Shown here piece by piece: positions 54,101 to 64,000 of a stretch of DNA of 64,000 bases. How positions within the stretch are numbered: position 1 is the first letter of the stretch; each line of letters opens with the position of its first letter. The position numbers and the translations under genes are program-made. The notes beneath the pieces were generated by a model. It made no database searches, was not told the origin of the DNA, and worked only from the letters and a program-made list of their open reading frames with translations. Source of the stretch: Octopus sinensis (Eukaryota); assembly GCF_006345805.1 (NCBI RefSeq), contig NW_021829853.1, forward strand, positions 1 to 64,000, read 5' to 3'.

Positions 54101-54298
54101 TTACAAAATAATTCGAGCAAAGTGAATTCTCTGCGAGACGTTTGCACTTTTATTCTTTATGTTACTCAACACCGGCAAAACAACAGGGGAACAACTCGTG
54201 TCTAGACACTGCGTACAGAATGAATAAATTAAGTTGCTTCAGAGGGGCCCCTCGGGGATTAGAGGCTCTCTTAAGCTTCATTTGTAGATCCGTCACTG
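51132..54298 (-). mobile_element. hAT DNA transposon (ZMYM1/DUF4371-like transposase), decayed, with TIRs and 8-bp TSD
   Basis: TIRs CAATAGTGGATCTACA / CAGTGACGGATCTACA; TSD GCCT[T/C]GGG at 51124-51131 and 54299-54306; frames with FRGHEE, YSIIVDS...VDQL, GQSYDNASNM, GFNVFEG. Confidence 0.9.
51361..51514 (+). mobile_element. 5'-truncated OK/OR-like SINE inside the hAT element
   Basis: SINE core and tail visible. Confidence 0.8.
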
Positions 54299-54361
54299 GC
54301 CTCGGGCTGACTAAAGCCTTGTGGGTGGATTTGGTAGACAAAAACTGAAAGAATCCCGTCG

Positions 54362-54414
<53 letters not shown>

Positions 54415-54600
54415 TTGTGCTTGTGTGTTTCTCAACATCGCTTGACAACTGGCGTTGGTATGTTTACGTCCCCCGTAACTTAGCGATAGAATAAGTAGCA
54501 GACTTACAAGGAATAAGTACTAGGGTCGATTCGTTCGACTAAAAATTCAAAGCAGTGCCCCAGCATGGCCGCAGTCTAATGACTAAAACAAGTAAAAAAA
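54299..54600 (+). mobile_element. SINE (second family), 3' half
   Basis: Resumes consensus after the hAT TSD. Confidence 0.85.
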
Positions 54601-54638
54601 CAAAACGATATATATATGTATATATATGTATATATGTA

Positions 54639-54684
<46 letters not shown>

Positions 54685-54692
54685 CTACATAC

Positions 54693-54735
<43 letters not shown>

Positions 54736-54757
54736 ATATATTATATATATATATATA

Positions 54758-55171
54758 CTCTTTACTCTTTACTCTTTTACTTGTTTCAGTTATGTGACTG
54801 TAGCCATGCTGGGGCACCGCCTTTAGTCGAGCAAATTGACCCCAGGACTTATTCTTTGTAAGCCTAGTACTTATTCTATCGGCCTCTTTTGCCGAACTGC
54901 TAAGTTACGAGGACGTAAACACACCAGCGTCGGTTGTCAAGCGATGTCGGGGGACAAACACAGACACACAAGCATATACACACACATACATATACATATA
55001 CATATATATATATAGGACACGCTTCTTTCAGTTTCCGCCTAACAAATCCACTCACAAGGCTTTAGTAGGCCCTAGGCTATAGTAGAAGACATATGCCCAA
55101 GGTTCCACGCAGTGGGACTGAACCCGGAACCATGTGGTTCGTAAGCAAGCTACTTACCACCTTGCCACTCC
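54758..55171 (-). mobile_element. SINE (second family), full length with internal (TG)/(TA) tract
   Basis: GGAGTGGC...GTGGTAAGTAGCTTGC head to AAAAGAGT tail. Confidence 0.85.
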
Positions 55172-55177
55172 TATACA

Positions 55178-55220
<43 letters not shown>

Positions 55221-55235
55221 ATATAATATATATAT

Positions 55236-55269
<34 letters not shown>

Positions 55270-55531
55270 GTTATATATATAATATAAAATTAATTAAGGG
55301 TAGAAATTGATATTTATCAATTAGGACCAGTGGTCTAGCATATTAAAAAAGAATCCGAAGATTAAAATATTTATATATACAATTAAGGACTGAACACGAA
55401 AAGTGGACAGTCAACATGCTAGATATAGACGTCAAATCGCCATTCACCACAAAAGATTATGTTCTCAGATCAAACTCAGCACAAAACCATAGCAATAAAC
55501 AAGTGAAAAATATACGAAATAAAATAATTAC

Positions 55532-55595
55532 CCATGTACTAATTAGTTTCAGCTGTTATTTTCCGCAAGGAAAACTGCAGCCATCATCAGCATGG
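55532..55595 (-). ncRNA. Type I hammerhead ribozyme
   Basis: Reverse complement of 55989-56052. Confidence 0.85.
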
Positions 55596-55988
55596 TCCGT
55601 TATAAATGTAATTTGCTGGACTCGATGCAAACACGATACCGAAATATCGCGTGCATTATCTAGCATGTTGACTGTCCACTTTTCGTGTTCAGTCCTTAAT
55701 TGGTATATATAAATATTTTAATCTTCGGATTCTTTTTTAATATGCTAGACCACTGGTCCTAATTGATAAATATCAATTTCTACCTTAATTAATTTTATAT
55801 AAATAAATATGTTCTCTAACCGATAAATTGACTGCTGCTAATTATTAGCTGCAGGCTAGTTTTCTCGGGCCTCAACGCGCCAAGTAAAGGCATTGAAAGA
55901 TATATTCAAATGTAATAGGCTGAACTCCATGCACGCGATATTTCGGTATCGTGTTTGCATCTAGTCCAGCAATTACATTTATAACGGA

Positions 55989-56052
55989 CCATGCTGATGA
56001 TGGCTGCAGTTTTCCTTGCGGAAAATAACAGCTGAAACTAATTAGTACATGG
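55989..56052 (+). ncRNA. Type I hammerhead ribozyme
   Basis: CCATG-CTGATGA-T-GGCTG...CAGCT-GAAA-CTAATTAG-TA-CATGG: perfect core, 5-bp stems I and II, palindromic stem III, GUA site. Confidence 0.85.
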
Positions 56053-56238
56053 GTAATTATTTTATTTCGTATATTTTTCACTTGTTTATTGCTATGGTTT
56101 TGTGCTGAGTTTGATCTGAGAACATAATCTTTTGTGGTGAATGGCGATTTGACGTCTATATCTAGCATTTTGACTGTCCACTTTTCGTGTTCAGTCCTTA
56201 ATTGGTATGTATATATATATATATATATATGTTATATA

Positions 56239-56313
<75 letters not shown>

Positions 56314-56368
56314 ATATATATATAATATATATAGTTGTATATATATATATATATGTAGTTCTATATAT

Positions 56369-57120
56369 ATGCTAGATATAGACCTCATATGGTCTGACCA
56401 CTAAGAAAAGATTGTTCTCAAGAAAATTCAGCAGTCAGTGGTCATCTCTCTTATGTATGTATTATAATTTTCCTGAATCTTCAGATTTTTTTAATATGCT
56501 AGGCTACTGGTTGATATTGATATTAATCAAATTAATATTCAATTTTTTACACTTATTATTTAAATTTAAATAACCATGTTCTCTAACCGGCAGGATTCAC
56601 TGCAGAAAATTATTTTCTGTATAATTATTTCCGGTTTTTGGCGCGCTGAAACGAAGACATTTGAAATATACCCCCAAATATAATTGGCAAAACTATATGC
56701 ATGTTCAATCTCGTGTGGACGTCTCGTGTATAGTTCTGCAAATTATATTTTGCTTTGACGCTCATACTGATGAATTCCGGACATTTATGTATGTAATTAT
56801 GTAAGTGGTAACAATGAAATCTGGTATGTGACTAATTTTTGTATCTTTTCATTTGTCTTGATCGCTTACGTTCAAGACAAATTTTCTTGATCACTTACAT
56901 TCTGGCGTTTGCTGAATTTTCTTGAGAAAATTCGTTTCTTAGTGGTCAGACCATATGGGGTCTACATCTAGCATGTTGGGTGTCCACTTAGTGATCATCC
57001 CTCATATGTATGTAATATCATTTTCCTGAATCTTCAGATTTTTTAATATGCTAGACCACTGGTTTACATTGATATTAATCAAATTAATATTCTATTTTTT
57101 ACCCGTATTATTTAAATTTA
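56369..57120. mobile_element. Diverged relative of 55282-56208: 553-bp monomer with terminal redundancy plus 65-bp inverted arm
   Basis: 56437 repeats at 56990; 56369-56433 is the reverse complement of ~56911-56974; shares AATATGCTAG, TGTTCTCTAACCG and ATCTAGCATGTTG with the neighbour. Confidence 0.75.
56762..56831 (+). ncRNA. Type I hammerhead ribozyme motif (weaker stems)
   Basis: TCATA-CTGATGA-ATT...AAT-GAAA-TCTGG-TA-TGTGA. Confidence 0.6.
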
Positions 57121-57166
57121 TGTATGTATGTATGTATGTATGTATGTATGTATGTATGTATGTATG

Positions 57167-57246
<80 letters not shown>

Positions 57247-59442
57247 ATATATATATAATATATATATATAATATATATTGTCTTGTCAGAAGAGAAGTGA
57301 AATGACTATAACCTTTTGTAAACTTGCTTCAAAGCTTGCAGTTAAGTTTAAACACATATAACTTAATGTGCTGGATGTGAGAGATTAATAAAGCTTCGAT
57401 TTTAGTGAAGAAGATTGGAAGAAGTGTTCAGTGATCAACTGAAGTAGAACGCATCAGGCCTATCGAAAGGAAGGGAAGTGGTAGATGTGAATAGATACAG
57501 TATGTAGCTAGTGAGCGCATATGTGTCGAGACATTGTAGTATCCGTAGAAGAATCAGAGAGAAAGCGCTGTGTCTATGACCCAGTGTTGCAGCTTGTTAA
57601 TGAATATAAAATCAGTGGGATGGTCATCTTTTGGATGTGTTCTGGAATATTTGAGTTTATAACAACAGAGCTGTCCTAGAACTACATTGGAGTCGAAATC
57701 TAGCATAGATCTCAATTGATCTCAATAGGGATCAACCGTTTATAAGAGTATCGCTCAATCGGTCTTTTGGTGAGCTGTGCATATCAAATTGACTGATAAT
57801 GGCTAAACCGTTTAACCCGGGACCATGAACGCTTTCAGAAAGTTATGTACTCTTTAATAGTTTTGTCACCATATTTGTATTGAAATACACTGCCTTTTGT
57901 TTCAATTAAATATGAAGAATTTTATTTTAAATAACCTTATTGTTGTTAAGTTGGTGTTGGAACATAAATTAACATGAAATTTTGATGAATCTTTTAATTG
58001 AGATCATTGTAATGCAGAAAGCTTGTATCATAGGACCAGGGACGGTCTCAGGTGGGTTAGTATCAAAAGAGTTGATGTTCGTAACTATCATTCATCAGGA
58101 TGAATTTGAGTATCTGACAACATACTGAAATAAGTACGTTTCTTTTATTTAAGATCAGAATGATATGACGTTTTTCTGTCACACAGCAGACATAGAACTT
58201 AGAACCAGACCGTTCCTAAACACTAATGGCTTATCTTTTAGTATTTATGAATGGGTCATAAGACTTGCGAAAGAATTACAATGCTAATCAGATCAAAACT
58301 TTTCTAAAAAAAAATAATAATAATCTCAGAGATCAGCATATTTGTATGTTGACAGGATGACGTTAAGAAGCTGAATGTTTGTAGCTACAATTCTTTTATT
58401 GCCAAACAAATACGAATATCCACTAAAAGAGGCAGGCTGAGGGAGAGGTGAGGAGAGGGGAGAGAAAATGAGACAGAGTCAAAGACAATCAGAAAGAAGC
58501 AGGCAGAGACATAGAGAAGAAAGGCGGAAAACGAGACAAATTGAGTGAGACACGCAGAGGAAGACAGACGTACAAGGTGAAAGAAAAACAGAGAGAAGGA
58601 ATTTAAGAAATATTTTGAAAAATATTTCTTCCTCTACGTATTGGAAACATTGACATCTAGCATCATTATTTGTTTTTCATTCTATGTATGCCGAAGTTTT
58701 CTACAGATTGTCTGAAAGACCAGTTTTACCACTTTTCACTGTTTCTGTTTTGCGTCTTTGTTTTTCTAACTTAAAACAAAATACAAAAATCGAATCGTAA
58801 ATTTATATCAGAACAAATGGAAAAAGTAATTTGATTACAGAAAAGGTAAAGAAGATCGGGAAATTTAACCTGGTCACATGTCTCCACCGTAAATAACGGT
58901 GCCACTTATTTAGAGAATATTTGATTCAGACAACTCAATATAAACGTTCATCAATCAAATTACAAGAATAATTTACCAAGTCTGGCAACAAAACGTAGAA
59001 TGGCGCTGATGGAGCAGAATATAATTTGTATATCTTTATAGAATGACTAGTGCTACTAGAATTTCAAATCTTGGTAAAGAAGCACAAAAAGTTTTACTGC
59101 AAATGTTTGAATCAAAACTTTAGCGATTTGCAATTTTAAAATGGTGCCACACTAAATTGTTGATGCGATATCATTGTTACTGTTTCAGACTTAAATCTCT
59201 GCAAAACATTCAAACAGCAAATGGTTTGAAAGTCTGGGATTGTTGCTTTGTGAGTTATATTTACAGAAATATTTGGGAAGACCATTAGTAGCTTGTTGTT
59301 GCTGTTGTTGTATATCAGGTTAACTTTGATTGAGCAGACAACGGCTGCTATTTCTAGTAGGTTGAGTTATTTAAAAAGGCTCTTTTGTCATCTTACATGA
59401 AGGACGACAGCTTAAGAGCAATGTAATTGCATTCACCTATGA

Positions 59443-60247
59443 CAGAGGTCGGGAGACTTTTTAGTGCGGCGGGCAAAAATTTCCTAAAGGTCCGCGGGCG
59501 GATCAGAGGTCCTAACTCTTATATCTGTGCAAATCTTGTATATATCTATGTATAATTTGATATACATTAATAAAGATAGGTTTAAGACATTAAACCAACA
59601 CGCAACATCTTCATTAACGCCGCCACTGAATTTAAGACGTTTATATTACTTATGAGATATTCCGTATTTTTCCGCTAAAGTGTAGATGGATCTCAAGGGG
59701 GGGGTTCTTGTTTGTTCCTTCTCGAGCCACGCCTGGCTCATAAGGGCTGGTTTCCCGGTTTCCTTTGCGTATAGGTTCCCCACCTGGACGGGACGCCGGT
59801 CCGTCGCAGGTGAGCTGGAAGATGCAGGAGGAAAGAGTGAGAGAAAGTTGTGGCGAAAGAGTCAGCAGAAGTTCGCCATTACCTTCTGCCGGAGCTGCGT
59901 GGAGCTTAGGTGTTTCGCTCATAAATACGCACATCGCCCGGTCTGAGATTCGAACCCGCGATCCCGAGTCCGCTGCTCTAACCACTAGGCCATGTGCCTC
60001 CACTCAAGGGGGTGGTGTAATCTTAGCAACATGTGTTTTATAGTGAAAACAAAATTTCCATTCAAATGGCAATTACCGGACGATTTCTGACCATTTTAAG
60101 TCGCAGTGAAAACGCGAACTCTGTCGCAAATAGTTATACGAATATTGAATAAATTTTGATTGAAGAATTTACTGTATTTTGTACATATGAGTTATATCAG
60201 CCTTGCGGGCACAATAAAACAGGCTCGCGAGGGTTTCTCCACCCCTG
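59443..60247. mobile_element. hAT (Charlie/Buster-type) MITE with 8-bp TSD
   Basis: Ends CAGAGGTCGGG / CAGGGGTGGAG; TSD [A/G]CCTATGA at 59435-59442 and 60248-60255 with central TA. Confidence 0.75.
59706..60002 (-). mobile_element. Full-length tRNA-derived SINE with Meta/V-like core, ~14-bp TSD
   Basis: Head TGGAGGCACATGGCCTAGTGGTTAG; core CCTGCGACGGACCGGCGTCCCGTCCAGG; TSD CTCAAGGGGG[G/T]GGT at 59692-59705 and 60003-60016. Confidence 0.85.
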
Positions 60248-60728
60248 GCCTATGAAATTGTAATGTCGTTTGGTGAGCTCAAGTTGTCTCACCTTATCTT
60301 ATCTTGCCTTACCTTGCCTTATTTCGCCATGCCCTCGACTGCTGGTGGCGTGGAAGGGACGCCGTTGTGACATATGGTGCGTCTGGCGCTGTTAGACCTG
60401 ATTGTGCCCATTCCTCTTCAGGCTCAACTACAGACGATTTCTTCCTGAAAGAGAGATACAAGGGGAAAAAATAGAAAAAGAAAAAATATCCACCCCGGTA
60501 CAACACTCGTGCTTTATTTAGCGACCTCGAAAGGGTGAAAGCAAATTTGACCTTGGCGTGATTTGAACTCAAAACGATTACTCTTCCACCCCGCTATACA
60601 AACTCTCCGACAGTTGACCGCTTTTGCTGCGTACAAATCTGATGGCGAATCGAATGTTTAGCAATTTACTGAAGCAGTTGTGAAGACAATCAACTGGTAG
60701 TTAATGCGCACGCGCGCGCACACATACA

Positions 60729-60771
<43 letters not shown>

Positions 60772-61576
60772 ACATACACACACACACACAGACACACACA
60801 CACACACATACACACACACACACGCACACACATAACAGGTGTGTTGTGGCTGTTTGACTCCAAGTTAACCATGACCGAACAGTTCTATGAAATCTACAAA
60901 GACATTCCAAATGAGGACATCCCGTCTTTTTAAAGGTTTCTAGGACTGCATTAGTTTCTTTCCTTTTTTAATAGTAGGTGTGATTAGATGAAGAATAGGC
61001 TGCTATTTTCATAAGGTCGAATGCCTTTATAAAAGCTCCATAACAAGACCGACAACAACTGAATACATTGTACATCAGACATTGACTTCGGAACCATTGG
61101 CTTTGCTACATTATCCTTACAATTTGCCGCTACTTTCACATCTACACAAAACTGAACGGTTTTTAAGAAATACTAGAAACTTTCTAAAACTGAATACAGT
61201 AAGTCCTTCTCCCACAGTAGAACAAGATGGCTGATATTGTTTCCAGGAAGTGGAGAGGTTTTCAACATTGAAATAACTATCCTTACTGCAATGGAGAACT
61301 TCTTTTTCTAAAATTGAACGAAATATCAATGACACATTAATTCCTTAATGAGAATTTGCTAAACTTGCATTGAAGAACTTGAAAGATGAAACACTCCTTG
61401 AACTGCGATCCATTAGGAGCTTTTGGAATTAGTTAAGCTTTTATTCCTTCTACAAAGGAATAACCGTTGTGGACGCCGGTGTCAGCAGTCACACACAAAG
61501 ATAGAAAAACATACATTCATAAAACTCACAATGGCAGCCACCGCTACCACCACCACCCTCAGACACACACACACAC

Positions 61577-61610
<34 letters not shown>

Positions 61611-62644
61611 CACACACACACACACGCTCACACACACACACGCTCACACACACACACACACACACACACACCGAGGCATGTATTCATACACTCACTTAAC
61701 GATTTCAAATTGTAAGTTTTTCCTTCTCTAAATATTTCTTTAGTTTTAGAGGAATTTAAATTTAGACGGCTTCAATAAAATATCCATTCCGCCCACCACA
61801 TCATTAATTCACCCATTCCCCTCTAACACTCCTCATCCATTATCCACACTCCCACACGCACACACACTCATCTATTATAACGCTCATCGCACAGCTCTAA
61901 GTGGACCCTAACATGCTAGAAATAGTAGCCCAAATTTCCCGCAAATTATGCCCTGCCGTGTTCAAGACAAGATTATCATTGGCTAGTATTGGGATCAGGT
62001 CATTCGTCCGAGGATTACTCCCACTAGTCATGGAGGGCATGTAAAGAGCGCTACTCGTTCTCCTCTGACTAAAACCAACGACGACCGTCACTGGAGGTGA
62101 CTACGATTAGATACCGTGTACCGTGGTTCCACTAATCGTTTTAGATACCTGTGCAACTGCGATCAGACACAAGCGCTCTCTCGACCCTCTCACCCATGCG
62201 CCAGAGGAACCATCCAAGACGGATGGCAAAGTAAGCGGGAGCTCCACCAGCGGCACTTGGTTGGTACATATTTCGCAGTTTTGTGTCCATCATAGATTTT
62301 GTGATTTGTTATATAGTGGTCAGAGGTTTTAGTGCTGTCCTCTCCCCTCCCTACAACAAATCTATGGCTGATATAATGTATTCTTTGTATACTTATGCTC
62401 TTTTCCGGGCGGAATTCCGCTTTAAGCACCCCATATAACCCCCTCGTAACTTTTTCTTCTTTTTTTTTGTATTTTCAGAAAATATTTGCAAATTTGTGTT
62501 CTACACACGGGAATTCATATGTTCATGCCAAGAATATATATATATATACACGCGGTCACATATATGATTCAATATGTGACTGCGTGTGTATCGTTGGCGA
62601 TTTTTTTCTCCGTCTTCCCTTCCTTGGATCTTTCCTTTTCCAAT

Positions 62645-62679
62645 GTTTCTGACGAAGAGCTCCGCTCGAAACGTTAGAT
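62645..62679 (+). ncRNA. Minimal PLE-type hammerhead motif
   Basis: GTTT-CTGACGA-A-GAGC tcc GCTC-GAAA-CG-TT-AGAT: loop-less palindromic stem III ACGU. Confidence 0.55.
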
Positions 62680-62800
62680 CCTCCTTCTTTCTTTCCTTTC
62701 CTGAGCGTCCAATAACACTATACTTGCTCCACGTCCTCACGTTGTTGTATTTTCTCTTTGTTCATGTTTGGATTAACTATACACACACACACACACACAC

Positions 62801-62897
<97 letters not shown>

Positions 62898-62950
62898 TGA
62901 ATTGAAGAAATGGAGTTAAACGAAGATTGAACAGAAATCGTTTTATTGCA

Positions 62951-63030
62951 TTCTACACGTGTTTCGAAAGGCACAATTTACCAAATTCCGATTGAATAAG
63001 GAGACCATATTGTGTCTTTCTCTTCAGGAA
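62951..63030 (-). ncRNA. Type I hammerhead ribozyme with long stem II
   Basis: TTC-CTGAAGA-GAAAGACACAAT(31 nt)ATTGTGCCTTTC-GAAA-CACGTG-TA-GAA: 11/12-bp stem II, palindromic stem III, GUA site. Confidence 0.7.
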
Positions 63031-63733
63031 GAAATGGGAAATCCGTTGGAAAAAACAAAAACAGAACAGAGGCGGAGCAAAATAAATCGAACGAGGCTCC
63101 TAAGAGCCCATGGCCAAACTGTTTATCAATGTATGTTGAAAACTGGTGGTGGGTGCGTTGAAGGTTTTAACGGGTCAGGCAGCGGTCATTCCGGTGGGTG
63201 GGAGCATGGGGTGCTTAGATGTTCTTTGTGACCGAGACTAAAGTTCTGACTATTTAAAGAATATTAGGTGTATTATATGGGGCGAGACAAAATCTACTTA
63301 GAAACATGTGTGTGTGTACTGTTCTATGTGTTCGTATGTGCGTTTGATCACGTGGCCGTCAGTTGGTAAACAGCCCTACACAATGGTCACTGCTGTAAAA
63401 TCCGTCGGGTGGCAGAAAAAAATTTTTATGTGTGCGTGTGTTCGTCTAAACCTGCCTTGTCAAAGAAACCCCCCGTCGTCAAGACATACCACCATTCGTC
63501 TCCCAGGAGTAATTCCCCTTGCAATGGTTAATCATATTTCTCTTAAAAGTTTTCCAGAACTTATTTCCAAGGGCTATTTTCATATAAGTAGTGTAACCGG
63601 GCGCAGATATTATTTATAAGCGTTATTTATAAGCAAGATAAGTATAAGTGTCTTCTGCTGTGATTTTTGCTACCAAGGTATCGGTTAAACTTTTGATTAA
63701 TCTGCAACAAGATTATTCATCTTTCTATTTCAC

Positions 63734-63836
<103 letters not shown>

Positions 63837-64000
63837 GAAGCGATCGTTAGTTGAAAGTTATTGAAATAACCTAACGCCATAATACAAGCTTAACTTGGTT
63901 GCAATTGAATTCCTTACTGATAAGAAGACCACTTACGGAGTTTTTATTGTTAAATCGATCACCACCATCTTGAAAACTCATAAACATATGAAACTCTCTC

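Larger units (their letters stand above)
55282..56208. mobile_element. Retrozyme/PLE-like element: 502-bp HHR monomer with terminal redundancy plus inverted 374-bp arm, inside (TA)n
   Basis: TATCTAGCAT at 55657 and 56159; 55282-55655 is the reverse complement of 55930-56158 + 55657-55800. Confidence 0.8.

Noticed and set aside
55416-56168. Two 98-aa ORFs on opposite strands
   Set aside because: By-product of the inverted arm in family B; they diverge at the inversion point.
59930-60002. SINE heads as tRNA genes (also 1085-1132, 31817-31900, 55100-55171)
   Set aside because: A/B boxes present but no closed cloverleaf; they continue into SINE bodies.

Overview
AT-rich, microsatellite-dense animal DNA. 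The SINE families and the (TA)n/(TATG)n/(TAA)n load point to an Octopus genome (inference). No complete host protein-coding gene is visible. The only clear host genes are two identical tRNA-Glu(TTC) genes in a ~1.45 kb tandem duplication; one 66-nt minus-strand exon candidate is weak. The rest is mostly decayed mobile DNA: tRNA-derived SINEs, (TAA)n-associated R4/Dong-like LINE ends, RTE/BovB fragments (one with a twin-priming inversion), a 3.2 kb hAT element with TIRs and 8-bp TSD, Tc1/mariner and Tigger relics, and a Penelope-like (PLE) GIY-YIG relic. The main unexplained signal is a set of type I hammerhead ribozyme (HHR) motifs in several unrelated non-coding repeats. Three elements (12.6-13.45 kb, 55.3-56.2 kb, 56.4-57.1 kb) are circularly permuted 360/502/553-bp monomers with terminal redundancy and an inverted arm. 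One has a 12-bp TSD and a compensatory U3-A8 catalytic core. This architecture fits retrozyme/PLE-type elements copied from circular or multimeric self-cleaving RNAs. All structures and alignments were read by eye; nothing was folded or searched computationally.
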